A stretch of 64,000 nt of DNA from Octopus sinensis (GCF_006345805.1 NW_021833074.1:20474-84473); one strand, 5' to 3'. Counted from the stretch's first letter, positions 26,331-41,185 are shown. Notes: a model not told the origin generated them from the letters alone. Program-made: numbers and translations.

Positions 26331-26726
26331 CACACACACACCCACACACAATATAATACATTATATCTTGTGTAATAACAGCCAACAATTGTATCCAGAC
26401 ACAAAAGCTACAAGGTTTTTTTTATTTCTATACCAACTGAAAATTGGTGCAAACTAAAACTGCAAACAAAAGCAAGACCGACCCGTATTCCCAGGTTAAT
26501 GGGAGGAGGTTCCAGTTAAGGACAAATCTCAAAGAATGGAACAAAGGAATAAGGACGCTATAAATATCTTTTTTTCTTTTTGATTTAGATTGACAACAAT
26601 GTGTTCGTCACTCGTCTCACGGTAAATAATAATATATCAAACATAAAGAGTTATGACGAGTTTCTCTCTCTCTCTCTCATATACACACGTATATGCATGA
26701 GTGTGCGTATTAGGACGAGTGCATGC

Positions 26727-26784
<58 letters not shown>

Positions 26785-26831
26785 ATGAACAACCTAAATA
26801 TGTTTCTCCATTTTCTTATTTGTATTATATA

Positions 26832-27218
26832 TCTTCTCTATATATATAAACGGCAGTTTGTCTGTGTGTGTTTCTGTGTGTCTGTTAGGTTGTACCCCCA
26901 CCCTGACCACGGCTTTCAACTGATTCTGATGAAACTTGACACACACATAGCCCAATGTCATAATTCAAGACTAACGTAGCGAAAATTTTGAAAAGTTCCC
27001 CCAGTTCTGAATAAGATCGATAAATACGACATGGGGTCGACAATCAGAAACACAAACCACAGATGGTATAGGGGACGCAACTCGACCTTTTTAACTATCA
27101 AAAAAAATTTACCATAATTTTTTTCCCATTTTTTTGCTATTTTTTGGCTATAACTCTCTAAAAATGCTTTATAGTTATTTCCCTTACAAACCCGAGCAAC
27201 GCCGGGCGATACTGCTAG
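26832..27218 (+). mobile_element. Non-autonomous Helitron (copy 1)
   Basis: 5' TC after A, subterminal hairpin CCCGAGCAACGCCGGG, 3' CTAG before T, no TSD; close copy at 40806-41175. Confidence 0.85.
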
Positions 27219-27487
27219 TATATATATATATATATATATGAGAAAGAGTGACTTCAATTTCATCCTTTTACTTTGAGGGGTTCCAAACTTAGATTTCTAA
27301 TAAAGATTACTCATATTAAATTTGTAGCTTACTATTGTACATTTTTAAATATGAAAATTTTACAAGTATAGAGTGTGTTATGACCATTTATAATATGTGA
27401 TTAAATTAATTTAATCATAATTATAATTAATTAAATTTTTACCATGTTTCTTACATGTTGGTGTTACCATTCGAAACGATCGTGTGT

Positions 27488-27897
27488 ACTCTTTACTCTT
27501 ACTCTTTTACTCTTTTACTTGTTTCAGTCATGTGACTGTGGCCAGGCTGAAGCACTGCCTTTAGTCGAGCAAATCCACCCTAGGACTTATTCTTTGTAAG
27601 CCTAGTACTTATTCTATCAGTCTCTTTTGCCGAACCGCTAAGTTACACACCAGCTTCGGTAGTCAAGCGATGTTGGGGAGGGGGTGGCAAACACAGGCAC
27701 ACGAACATATACACACATACATATATATGTACATATATACGACGGGCTTCTTTCAGTTTCCGTCTAACAAATACACTCACAAGGCTTTGGTCGGTCCGAA
27801 GATATAGTAGAAGACACTTGCCCAAGGTACCACGCAATGGGACTGAACCCAGAACCATGTGGTTGGTAAGCAAACTACTTACCACACAGCCACTCCT
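27488..27897 (-). mobile_element. SINE family B
   Basis: Full reverse-complement copy with TTACTCTT tail. Confidence 0.9.
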
Positions 27898-28088
27898 ACT
27901 AAAATTTTATAAAACTTTTAACATCTACTCTTCTCTATCTTTAATTGTTTGTTGAGTTTCTATAGGATATATGCTCTATATATGCTCATAACACACCTTA
28001 TATACATACATACACACATACATACATACATACATACATACATACATACATACATACATACATACATACATACATACATACATACATG

Positions 28089-28187
<99 letters not shown>

Positions 28188-28384
28188 CTACTGTGGGTAC
28201 GAGGTCTCAAAAGCTGGGTAAGGTGGCAAGTAGATTAAAAGGAAACCAGTGCTTAACTGACAGTACATTGATCTCGAAAAGATGAAGGAGGAGGTTGACC
28301 TCGGCAGAATTTGAACTTAGATCCAAAAACACATAATACATATTCATATACATACATGCTTGCACACACATACATACACGCATA

Positions 28385-28580
28385 TCGGCACTAGTCACCA
28401 TGATTGATCGTTAGCCACTACACACATTTTTTTCTCTCCTTGTTTTTTCGGTGTCTCTTTCTGTAGAAGAGCGTAGGCTCGAAACGTAAAAGACTTTTTC
28501 TATTTCTGAGCGTTATACTAATACATCTGTTTGTTTTGTACACCACCTGTCTTCGTCTTTTGTTTGTTTTTGTAAACTCT

Positions 28581-28585
<5 letters not shown>
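28385..28585 (+). mobile_element. PLE-type 3' stub with minimal hammerhead
   Basis: TCTTT-CTGTAGA-A-GAGC-GTAG-GCTC-GAAA-C-GTA-AAAGA (28456-28493); ~90-nt tail into (TA)n. Confidence 0.65.
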
Positions 28586-28656
<71 letters not shown>

Positions 28657-28658
<2 letters not shown>

Positions 28659-28830
28659 GTTATCACATAAATGGAAAACAAGGGGGGAAAATAGTGCTCA
28701 AATATCAGAAGCAGAGTAATAAGATTTTATTAAACCTGCAAAATCTTCCCAAAGCTGCTACACAGAGTTTCACATTCCTATTCGTCAGACAGTTGCGATG
28801 TCCGACGAACGGGAATGCCGGACAGCAGTG
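28657..28830 (-). mobile_element. PLE-type 3' stub with hammerhead and short inverted repeat; related to 53006-53210
   Basis: Minus strand CTGT-CTGACGA-ATA-GGAA-TGT-GAAA-CTC-T-GTG-TA-GCAG (28755-28792); tail aligns with 53137-53210. Confidence 0.6.
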
Positions 28831-29604
28831 TGTAATGTTTTACCAAAAAGTTAAACTATAATTGTAACTAAATTTGACTAGGGTGTTGCAAACATCAACA
28901 TTGCTAGAAATAAGATTTAAAATACTCTAATGTCGTACTCAAGACACATAATTGTATACATATATTCTGACAGGATTATAATCACCCGAAAACACCGATT
29001 GAATAAGTGACAACACATACAAACATTCTTAGTTTTAATTATCTATCTGGTCAATGAACAATGAAATACAATCTCGGGAATAATGCAAAAGTTTCGTTTT
29101 CCTAATGGCTTTAAATATAAAAACTGGTGAGATCTCCGGCCTTGGTAAAAAAAAGACCCCATAGTTGTGAGATATTCAACAGCAAGTTTTTTACTATCCT
29201 AAACAAACGGGGCAACAAACCCTAACAAAATTTATGCTCATACGTTTCAGTTAAAAATAAAAACGACAATTCTTTAAAAGGAAGGTGTGGTAAAAAATGT
29301 TTGTTCGTGGGCGAAAGAAAGCAAAGCAGTTAATACCACATTGAATTTGAAGCCACAATCACGTCTATTCAGGGTTACGAGCTAGGTCATGTACGACACA
29401 CTCTGATTTTCAGGTCATTGAAAGTGTAGCGATTATAATAGGTGGTATATGATGTCGAATAGAAAGCTTTGATATAAGAAAGAAAGCTGCTTCTATAGCC
29501 TTCTGATCAGGGTTTCATGTCTTTTATTTGTCTTGACCACTAAGAGAAAATATCCAGTCCGACTCGCTTCCGAAATTACAACAATAACAATGTTTTCCCA
29601 TTTT

Positions 29605-29791
29605 GGCGATTTCGGGAAAGAGAGTAAAGTAATTACATCGACCTTAGGGCTCAACTAGTACTCACTTTATGAGTCTTCGAAAGGATTAAAGGCAAAGTCT
29701 ACCCCAGTGAGATATGAGTTCAAAACGTTAAGACGGACGGCGAAATACCACTAAGCATTTCGTCCAGCGTGCTAACGACTCTGCCGCCTTA
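29605..29791 (-). mobile_element. SINE family A (diverged)
   Basis: GAAAGGATTAAAGGCAAAGTC..GCTAACGACTCTGCCGCC. Confidence 0.7.
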
Positions 29792-29922
29792 AAGCAATTT
29801 CAGCTTTGCACTTATGTCAGACTTGAACTCAAATACAGACATTCAAATGTCAAGTCTCCGTCAATTTCGTCCAAAGTACAAAGCCAATAATAATAATAAT
29901 AATAATAATGATAATAATAATA

Positions 29923-30042
<120 letters not shown>

Positions 30043-30256
30043 TTTCAACTAGCAATAACCACGCCTCGGATTTACCTCATTGGCCATAATAATAGGGGCT
30101 GCAATCAGGGTGGGGCACTTGCAGAAAACAGCACTGCTTGGAACCGCTCGAATACTCCGGAAGGCGCTCGAAAAATAAGGGGTGTTACCTTAGTTCACTG
30201 GCAGTGAACAACTGACACCGTAGTACATCTCCAGCGTCAGAAGCTGTGCAAAGGCA
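30043..30256 (+). mobile_element. Short 5'-truncated Dong/R4-like LINE end inside (TAA)n
   Basis: Encodes LQKTALLGTARILRKALEK*, homologous to the end of the 124-477 ORF; (TAA)n on both sides. Confidence 0.75.
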
Positions 30257-30262
30257 ATGATG

Positions 30263-30937
<675 letters not shown>

Positions 30938-30938
30938 C

Positions 30939-30975
<37 letters not shown>

Positions 30976-31014
30976 GATGATGATGATGATGATGACGATG
31001 ACGATGATGATGAT

Positions 31015-31155
31015 AATCCTTTCTACTATAGGCACAAGGGCTGAAATTTTGAGGATGGGGATAGTCGATTGCATCGACCCCGGGGTCTCACTGGTACTTA
31101 ATTTATCGACCCCCGAAAGGATGAAAGGCAAAGTCGACCGCTGCAGAATTTGAAC
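31015..31155 (-). mobile_element. SINE family A, 3' part
   Basis: TCGACCCCCGAAAGGATGAAAGGCAAAGTCGAC. Confidence 0.8.
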
Positions 31156-31222
31156 TAATAATAATTAATAATAATAATAATGGTAATAATAATAATGATG
31201 ATGATGATTATGATGATGATTA

Positions 31223-31373
<151 letters not shown>

Positions 31374-31374
31374 A

Positions 31375-32180
31375 ATAATACTAATAAACAAAACAGAGAC
31401 AGACATAAAGTGTTGGGGTTTACATATAACAAAGAAATAATAGAAGAAAAAAGGTATATACGGTATACACTGGGAAATAGGAGACATGCATAGCATACAG
31501 AGGTACAAAGAGAAAAGGTGATGATGGAGGGGATGATAGAGATGTGGCCCTCCTGATACAGGAACGTCTCTAGGGATAATCGAGGAACCCCCACCGTCCG
31601 AGATTTTTCTGAAACCCTATGAGTAAGTGCCCTCTCCAATTCCTTCTCTTTCACTCACAGGTCTACACTTAGAGAGTTACCATCCACTCTTGCCATTTTC
31701 GCAACCTTTACCCACCTTTCAATAAACTCACTCGAGGACAGCTCTTGCATCTACACTTTTAATTTCCTTTTCAAGTGAAACTTGAAGAAGTCAATGAGAA
31801 CTCTACCAAAGAGGAATGTATTTGTACTCATACCTTTCAGCCTTGTCCACCAAATAGTATCTTTTGCCAGAGCCACCAGGCAAAGGAAAACTACCTTGTC
31901 TGCCCGATCGTAGGAGGGCGGCGGTACAATTATCAGTACAGACTCGGTCGATAGATGGATCCGTCCCACACGTGACAGCAGCTGTTCAAGATATACCCTA
32001 TAAGTCAGCAACGCCCGGACACTAAACGTGGGCGTGCAGAACGGTTTCATCACTCTGCGCGCAACTCGGACAAGTCCGTCTGTCAGTACATCCGTGCCTG
32101 CAGAGCTTGTCCCGAGCCGGTAGCGCGCCCTCCCCGGTAGCACTACAGGCCAAGGATATCTGGAAATTATCTATGATAGT
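31375..32180 (-). mobile_element. Tx1/L1-like LINE 3' end
   Basis: DKVVFLCLVALAKDTIWWTRLKG..FFKFHLKRKLK; homologous to 5700-6200. Confidence 0.65.
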
Positions 32181-32202
32181 TCTCGACCGAAAAGTCCTCA
32201 AT

Positions 32203-32530
32203 AATAATAATAATAAGAATAATAAGAAGATGGGCTACTGCAAATATTCTGCTCAATACTACAGTTGTTTGACCATAACCAGTTGAATATGTCCCTTAGT
32301 GGCTGACGATATGCGTATCTCAGATCACTACCAGAGTAGTAGAGAACATCATATGTTGAGAGGAATTCTAGGAACATAGATGTTTCGTTCAACATACTTA
32401 AACAACCCCTGTTGAAGGACCTTTTGAACGGTTTCGGCTACTTGACCTGAAGAAAGTTTTAATTAGGCCCCACCTGCAAGGTCATGTGCTGTTTATCTTG
32501 ATATGATTTCACCACGTCGAGATTATACGT
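32203..32530 (+). mobile_element. (TAA)n-associated repeat, internal fragment
   Basis: Collinear with ~30470-30810. Confidence 0.75.
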
Positions 32531-32664
32531 CGTGCACGTATGGTTCACCATGTCGCGTACAAAACCACAGAAAGCATACAGAAGTTTGTTTACAAAAAAA
32601 AAAACCCCAAAAATCTATGTATTACACTTAGTCGCGTTAGCAAAGGTATGTGGGGTTCGAGTCC

Positions 32665-32797
32665 ACATCCACTCACAAGGTTTTGGTCGGCCCGAAGCTA
32701 TAGTAGAAGAAACTTGCCCAAGGTGACACGCAGTGGGACTGAACCTGGAACCATGTGGTTGGTAAGCAAGCTACTTACCACACAGTCACTCCTACGC
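32665..32797 (-). mobile_element. SINE family B, 5' half
   Basis: CTTGCCCAAGGTGACACGCAGTGGGACTGAACC. Confidence 0.85.
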
Positions 32798-32807
32798 CTA
32801 AATATAT

Positions 32808-32904
<97 letters not shown>

Positions 32905-32915
32905 GTATGTATATG

Positions 32916-32947
<32 letters not shown>

Positions 32948-32964
32948 ATGTATATATAAATGTG

Positions 32965-33108
32965 CATACCTGACGAAGAGCTCCGCTCGAAACATTAAAT
33001 CCACCTTCTTTCTTTCCTTTCCTTTCCTGAATATCCAATAACACTATACTTGTTCCACGCCCTCGCGTTGTTGTGTTTTCTCTTTGTTCATGTTTGGATA
33101 AACTATAT
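32965..33108 (+). mobile_element. PLE 3' stub with hammerhead core, between (TA)n tracts
   Basis: CTGACGA-A-GAGC-TCC-GCTC-GAAA-C at 32970-32993; same family as 18740-19020. Confidence 0.65.
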
Positions 33109-33759
33109 ATATGTATTTCGTTTTTGGATTTGGTTTGCAAGATTCTTTATATGGGTTCGTGTGTTGAAGCATATTCTGTTGTGTCTGGGGAGAGTCATTC
33201 TGACAGTCAAAAATTGAGAGTCATTTTGACAGTCAAAAATTGTGAAGCATGACTGTCACCACTACTACATGAACCCGAAGATTGCAGAATTCAATGCATG
33301 AAAGTACTAGTTCAATCAGAATGAACATTTAACATTCTACTATTTCATTTTATTTTATTCAATTATAATATATTATCTTATAATATATCATTATAAGATT
33401 GTAAATAAAACGTGAAAATCAGACAAGGTTGGAATTCCTTTTATTAATATATATATATATATATAAACACACACACACACACATTATTAACGAAAGCGTT
33501 ATTCTTAGCGTTGTTATAGGAAAATAAAGGACAAAAAACAACAATGCCACAAACCCCACACACAGAGGCACACATGCACAATCACGCACGCGATTTGTCC
33601 TCTTTTTTCTCCTTTTTTTCCCTTTTTCCTTACATGAATTGCATTTCGAAAAACGATGATGTAACTCATCAATGTTGTAAATCAAAGAATTGTTTAGATA
33701 AAACAACAGAGCTAGCGACTGTCAAATTTGGTGCGTAAGAAAATCGGTTAGTTCATTCT

Positions 33760-34037
33760 TAAGACTAGCCAGGCTCATGGGACAGGTTTCCCAGTTTCTG
33801 TGGCGTATGTGTTCCCTCCGGCTGGACGGGATGCCAGTGCATCGCAGCGTTACTCAAGAAACAGGAAGAGAGAGTGAAAGAAAGTTGGGACGAAAGATTA
33901 CAACAGGGGTTCGCCACCACCCCCTGCCAGAGCCTCGTGGAACTTTAGGTGTTTTCGCTCAATAAACACACACAACGCCCTGTCTGGGAGTCGAAACCAC
34001 GATCCTCCGACCGCGAGTCCTCTGCCATTGCGCCTCC
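33760..34037 (-). mobile_element. SINE family C
   Basis: Reverse complement of the 9081 type (ends GCCATTGCGCCTCC). Confidence 0.85.
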
Positions 34038-35017
34038 ATATATATTTATACGTATATATATACGGTTATATATAATATATATATTTATGTATATATAATA
34101 TATATATATAATATATATGCATACATATATACATGCATGTATGCATCCATGCATGCATGCATGCATCCATACATACATACATATGAACTCGAGCCTGGTA
34201 TTAACTAATTAATTTTTTTGTTCGTTCTAGTGTTATAACAGCGTGCCTTATTAATTCGTTGTTTTTCGAGGTTTGGGTTTAAACTGCCCTTTATATCATG
34301 TAAGCAGTCCTGTCAAAGGTCTCCTCTCTGTGTATTAAAATATTTTATACACATATTTTAAAAAATATGTTATGTCTTATGACTTTTATTTATGCATGCT
34401 AACCACCGGTAATAAATTATTTTATCACCCTCATATTTACGATATATATATAGATCAAAATCAAAATCAAAAATCAAATTTAGAAATCTTTTTTGAAATA
34501 CTCTAAATTAAAGGACGAATCTACGTTCAACCATTTTACAACTATATATATAAAGATTTCTAAAGTTGATTTTTCCTACTTTGCTATTAATTAACAGGCG
34601 TAAATTTGCAAACATATGAAAGTAATACTTGTATATAATGTTTGGTGAATTTATGGAAAGAAGTCCCATAAAGCTCATAGATTTATTTTAAAACGGAGGA
34701 AACAAATTGTTAAAATATATGAGAAGTTTAATTCTTATATATTTCAATAACTTGTGTATGTATCTGCATTGCGTATAAACATACAATGAAAGAAAAGTAA
34801 CACCAAGCGGAAAACAAGTCAAGTAACTAAATAAAGGAAAATTTAAGGCGTGTGACATATAAATAGCGCATGTTTCCTGAATGCGAGTCACTTTTCAAAG
34901 CGATCTTTAACGTGAAATGCTGTATGAATAATTGGTGCACCTTAATACGGAGTTTGCAGTAGAAGGGTTTGTGAAAAAAAAAAAAACAAGAGGTGAGCAT
35001 TCATATTTGTTTATTTG

Positions 35018-35108
<91 letters not shown>

Positions 35109-35227
35109 ATATTATATATATATATATCATATATTATATGTATATACATATTTATATGTGTGTATGTCTCTTTCTCTCCCTCTCTCTCTTTCTTTACAAA
35201 TGCATATATATATATGTATATATATGA

Positions 35228-35312
<85 letters not shown>

Positions 35313-35397
35313 ATATATATAATATATATACATGTATGTATGTATGTATGTATGTATGCATGTATGTATGTATGTATGTATGTATGTTTATATATTT

Positions 35398-35705
35398 GTG
35401 AAGGCGCATGGCTTAGTGGTTAGAGCGTCGAGCTTACGATCGTGAGGTGGTGACTTTGATTCCCGGACCAGGTTGCGTGTCGTGCTCTTGAGCAAGACAC
35501 TTTATTTCACGTTGCTCCAGTTCACTCATCTGTAGAAATGAGTTGCAACATCTCTGGTGCCAAGCTGTATCCGCCTTTGCCTTTCGCTTGGATAACATTG
35601 GTGGTGTGGAGAGGGGAGGCCGGTATGCATGGGAGACTGCTGGTCTTCCACAAACAACCGTACCCGGACTTGTGCCTCGGAGGGTAACTTTCTAGGTGCA
35701 TCCCC
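35398..35705 (+). mobile_element. tRNA-derived SINE, family C-related variant
   Basis: GGCGCATGGCTTAGTGGTTAGAG..GATTCCCGGACC..CTTGAGCAAGACAC. Confidence 0.8.
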
Positions 35706-35709
35706 TATT

Positions 35710-38628
35710 TGTTCCACTTACTTCTCGAGATGCTTGCTCAATGTTCCCAGGGCTCCGACAATTATTGGTACTACTGCTACCTTTTTCATCGACCACAACT
35801 GCTTAAATTCCCATGTTAACCTGTCATACCTCTCATCTTTTCTTTCTTCCTTATCGCATACCTTCTTGTCAGCTAGACATGCTATGTCTATGATCCAGCA
35901 TAGTTTGTTTTCTTTCTCAATTAAGACTATGTCCGGCTTCTTATTCTTTATCTTATGGTCGCACTGAATCATAAAATCCTATAGGATCTTTACATTTTTA
36001 TTTTCGACGATGCCTTCGAGTTTGTGGTCGTACCAAATTTTTTCTCTGTAAAGTCCATACTTTTTACAAAGCGTCCAATGGAGAAGCCTGGCTATATTGT
36101 CGTGGCGTTTCTTATATTCCTTCAGGGCTAGTGGCGTACATTGGTTGGTAATATGCCATACAGTTTTATCAATTTGTCCACAGATTCTGCATTTATCACT
36201 ATCTGATGTGTTGTCTATTCTGTATTTTATGTAGTTTGTTCTTAGTACTTGCATTTGGGCAGCACAGATTAGCGCCTCCGTTTCTAAATCACTTTTTATC
36301 ATCCACAGCCTTCTTTTTTCTTTGTCTGTCCTATCTTCAACATCCTTATGAAATTGACCATGCATTCTTTCTTTTTCAGTTTCATTCGTTTTCAATTTCT
36401 TGTACAGTGCTTTATCTTCGCAATCTTTCATCCTACACAAGCCTAACCTTCTTACTTATGATATCGGTTCTGTGGGTTTTTTTTTTACATACCATGCTAT
36501 GTTGTTTTCTTCTGCGCTAATGCATCCAATAAGTCCTCTTCTCCCCCTTTTTCTTCGTACATACAGTCTGTCTGTGTCACTTTTTGGGTCGAGTGTCCCA
36601 TATCTATTTAGCAACTTCCTTGTCTTTCTGTCGAAGCTGTTTAGTTCGTCTGCTGTCCATGCGATTATCCCTGCTCCATATCTAAGGTGTGAAACCGCCC
36701 AGGTGTTGATAGCTTCAAATCTTATTCCGTCCGTTTAATTTTGACTTAAGGATCAGTCTCAGTCTGCGTAAGCACTCCACATTAAATTTTTCTGTCATTT
36801 CTTTTTCCATCAATTTATCCATTTCCAAAATTCCCAAGTACTTATAGCCTGTCTCTTCTATCTCTTTCATAACTTCTTCCTATAGTTTCGTTAGCCCGTC
36901 CATACATTTGATTGCGCCTCTCTTCAAGGCTAACACATCACACTTTCTCAGTCCGAACTCCATTCTGTTATCAACACTGAAGGTATACACCGCATCGACG
37001 AGGGAACTGACTTGGGCTTCATCTTTACCATAAAGTTTGAGGTCATCCACGAATAGCAAATGGTTGACTTTTTGTTGGCGGCTTTTGAATACATATTCAG
37101 CTCTTGCTTTCCTCGGAATTAGTGTCAGTGAGATCAAGCACAGTACAAATATCAGTGGGGACAGGCAGGTGCCCCTTTTAATTTCTACTGTCCCTAAACC
37201 TCTTCCGTATGCTGTCAGGTCCGTCCTCCATTTCGCCAAACTTTTTCCAAGCAATCGCTCAACATTCGATGCAATACCAAATAGGTTCATACATTCCATA
37301 ATCCAAGAATGTGGGATCATATCGTACGCCTTACGATAGTCGATCCGTGACAGGTCTAAGTTATTTTTCCTCTTCTTGCAGTCTCTAAATACAGGTTTGT
37401 CTATCAGGAGCTGATCCTTGGTACCTCTGCACTTACGCTTGCAACCCTTCTGCTCATGTAGCAGGACTCCATTTTCTTCCAGATATTCGTACATTGACTC
37501 TGCGAGTATTTCAGTCAATAATTTCCACATAAGTGGCAAACAGGATATTGGCCTGTAATTGTCAACCGTGTTGCCTTTTTCGATATTTTTCAGGCACAGC
37601 ACTGTCTTACCCAATGTCAACCACTCTGGTGTTACTTGGTCGGCATTTAACAAGGTGTCGAGTTGCGCAGCTATTCGTGCATGACATTCACCAAATCTTT
37701 TGATCCAGTAGCCTTGAACTCCATCTGGTCCCGGTGCTTTCCAGTTGCTCATTTTTTCTTGCTGATTTCCTTCACTTCCCTAACTGAAATGACTAGTTCT
37801 GCCTGTTTTCGACAGACTACTGTTTGTTTCAGTTCTTGCAACCATTCTGCATCCTTCTTGTGCTCCTTGTCTTTGCTCCAGATGTCATTCCAAAGCCTTT
37901 GACTTTCATTGTTATGTGGTATCAACTTTTCATCTGTACACTCTCCATTTATTTCTTTACAGAAACTCTTCTGATCTACTCTGAATAACCTATTCTGGTA
38001 GTAACCCTTCATTAGTCGGATCTTACCATTTTTGTTTTCTTTGCAACGAGGCGCTGCTTCAGTTCCTCCATCACCACTTTCAAGCCCTTTCTTTCAATAT
38101 TATACTTCCTTTTCAGCGCCCTGTATTTTTTGTTCACTTTTAAGCTCCCCTTTCTCTGCTGCTATTTTCCAAGACCCGTCTTTTGATAGTTTCGAGCTCT
38201 ACTTCTGTGAGCCGACAATTTTTTCTTATTGCTCTAGCTTGATCACATAGTGTCTGTTCCGTGAGTTGAAGCAATCCCTTTTCTCTCCAATGATCATACA
38301 TATGTTGTCGGTAACCCCTAATTTGAGCACCATTTTCTTCTACCGGGCTGCTCAAGTAGTAACGCTCCATGACCACAGCATTTATTTGCTTGCTCCATCT
38401 ACGCCATATGTGGTGGTCCCTTTCTGGATATCGACAGGCTGGAGCCGGACCAGAATCTCTGAGCCTGCCGGGTGGAACACAATCACCATCATTTGCTTTT
38501 GTTTAATTACTACCGTTATTCACAATATTTTTTATTGTTACTCATGAGGTAGCGATTATCAGGTTGCGCATTTACCAGTGTTTTTATTGTGACACCATCA
38601 GTCCATGGGAGATTCCACCTGTTTCCTT

Positions 38629-38630
<2 letters not shown>
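35710..38630 (-). mobile_element. Near full-length decayed Dong/R4-clade LINE
   Basis: N-terminal RRWSK..VMERYY..GYRQ..W..EQTLCDQAR; [39 protein letters not shown]; CRIC..HI..C..RHD zinc knuckle; KPDIV..IDIA..VPIIVGALG RLE. 5' end abuts (TAA)n. Confidence 0.9.
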
Positions 38631-38689
<59 letters not shown>

Positions 38690-39509
38690 CATCATCATCA
38701 TCATCACTGATATCAATGACATTATCGCTTTCATGTGTAGTGGTTGCAGCAACAGCATCAGTAGCATAGTGGTAAGGGTGGTAGTTGGGCCTCAGTTGGG
38801 CGATCATAATAGTAGTAGTTGTAGTATTAGCAGCTGCAGAATATTATTATTTTTATTATTTTTATCATTGTCACCGTCACCACCACTACCACTGTTATAA
38901 ACTTTATTACTAATTCCACTTATTATCAAAAGATTTCATTAAATGTTCTTTATTTTCAACTTTTGTCTTGTACTTGAGATAATCATAAAAATGTGGTTGT
39001 TGGAGGAAATAGTTGAGTAGCAGCTTGGTGAAAAGATCATATTCTACAGGTCTATAAATAGATTCTGCAGATGGTGGGGAGGGGTCTATAAATAGATTCT
39101 GCAGATGGTGGCGAATCTTCCCACCCTTTGGGTCAGCAGAGGTGAAATGTGTTTAGTACTACCAGTTACCATTGAGTGCGTTGCCTTGAAAGAAGCAATT
39201 CAACCTGTTCTATTTGTAATTACTGGTAGAAAAAACAATAATATATATACACATACACACACACAGACACACACGCACACACACATACACATATATATAT
39301 ATACTGATATTCACGTCGTTGAATTTTTGAAATTCTGAATTCAATTGTGTTGTTGCAATAAAAGGTATGTTTACGTATTTGGGTAATATCAAATATCAGG
39401 CCATCCGATAAGATCTGTCCGAATTTTGAATAAAGGAAACAAGAGATCAAATGTTATATTTATTTGAAATTTAATCATCATCATCATCATCATTATCATC
39501 ATCATGATG

Positions 39510-39559
<50 letters not shown>

Positions 39560-39596
39560 TATTATTATTATTAATTATAATAATAATAATAATAAT

Positions 39597-39935
39597 GGGG
39601 GAGCATCATAGCCATGTGTTGAGAAGGATTCTTTGGGGTTTGAATAATTCACCTCTGGAAACATGGGTGTTTTGTTCAACGTCCTTAAACAACCCTTATT
39701 CAGGGACCTTTTGAGCGGGATGGGTTACTCGATCTGAAGAAAATTCTAACTGGGCTCCACCTGCAAGGTCATGTGCTGTTTATGTTGATATGAGATCACC
39801 ATGTCGCGCACATATGGTTGTGATGCATGTGCCTGGTGTACCCATATCAGACGAGTAGTCATGATGGGTATACTGGGCTTCGTATATTTTACCCCAGTGT
39901 CACTTTGATGGCATGCTCCGCTCGCTCACTCAGTA
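39597..39935 (+). mobile_element. (TAA)n-associated repeat, 5'-truncated copy
   Basis: 3' end CTCACTCAG then (TAA)n, matching 30937; (TAA)n on both sides. Confidence 0.85.
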
Positions 39936-39971
39936 ATAATAATAATAATAATAATGTTAATAATAATAATT

Positions 39972-40002
<31 letters not shown>

Positions 40003-40043
40003 CATTATTATTTTTATTATAATTATTATGATAATTATTATTA

Positions 40044-40123
<80 letters not shown>

Positions 40124-40143
40124 TAGTAGTAGTAGTAGTAGTA

Positions 40144-40194
<51 letters not shown>

Positions 40195-40195
<1 letters not shown>

Positions 40196-40345
40196 TCAAA
40201 TTTTGAAACAAGGCCAGCAATTTTGGGGAAGACCTTAGTGTTCAAATGGTACTTAACTTAACGACTCCGAAAGGATGGAAGGCAAAGTCAGCATAAGCAG
40301 AATTTGGACACAAAATGTTAAGACAGACGAAATGTCGCTCGCATA
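40195..40345 (-). mobile_element. SINE family A (diverged)
   Basis: CGAAAGGATGGAAGGCAAAGTC. Confidence 0.65.
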
Positions 40346-40699
40346 ATAAATGTTCCTTAAGTTGTACCGATGTCCTGTTGATCTTTGATGCCATTGTTTT
40401 TTTGCTCGCGTATGTGTATATGTATGTATGTATGTATGCATGTATGTATGTATGTATGTATGTATGTATGTATGTTTGAATGTATGTATGTATGTATGCA
40501 TGTATGTACGTACGTATGCGGGTAGGTATGTACATATCTGTCTGTATATCTGCCTGTTTGCCTGTCTTCTGTCTCTGTATGATAGACTTTATATGTTAGA
40601 CGTTTAATTGAAATACATAACATATGACATACACACATATGTATGTACTTATTCATATATGTATGCTATATATATATATATATTATATATATATATATT

Positions 40700-40736
<37 letters not shown>

Positions 40737-40746
40737 ATGCATGTAC

Positions 40747-40779
<33 letters not shown>

Positions 40780-40805
40780 TATATATATATGTATGTATGT
40801 ATATA

Positions 40806-41175
40806 TCTCTCTATATATAAACGGCAGTTTGTCTGTGTGTGTTTCTGTGTGTCTGTTAGGTTGTACCCTCACCCTGACCACGGCTTTCAACCGATTCTGA
40901 TGAAACTTGACACACACATAGCCCAATGTCATAATTCAAAACTAACGCAGCGAAAATTTTGAAAAGTTCCCCCAGTTCTGAAAAAAATCGATAAATTCGA
41001 CATGGGGTCGAGAATCAGAAACACAAACCACAGACTGTCTAGGGGACGCAACTCGACCTTTTTAACTAAAAAAAATTTACCATCATTTTTTTTCCATTTT
41101 TTGGCTATAACTCTCTAAAAATGCTTTATAGTTATTTCCCTTACAAACCCGAGCAACGCCGGGCGATACTGCTAG
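40806..41175 (+). mobile_element. Non-autonomous Helitron (copy 2)
   Basis: Same TC...hairpin...CTAG structure as 26832-27218. Confidence 0.85.
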
Positions 41176-41185
41176 TATTTATATA

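Noticed and set aside
28850-29600. Coding-like stretch suggestive of a Tc1/IS630 transposase relic
   Set aside because: No DDE motif or terminal inverted repeats recognisable.
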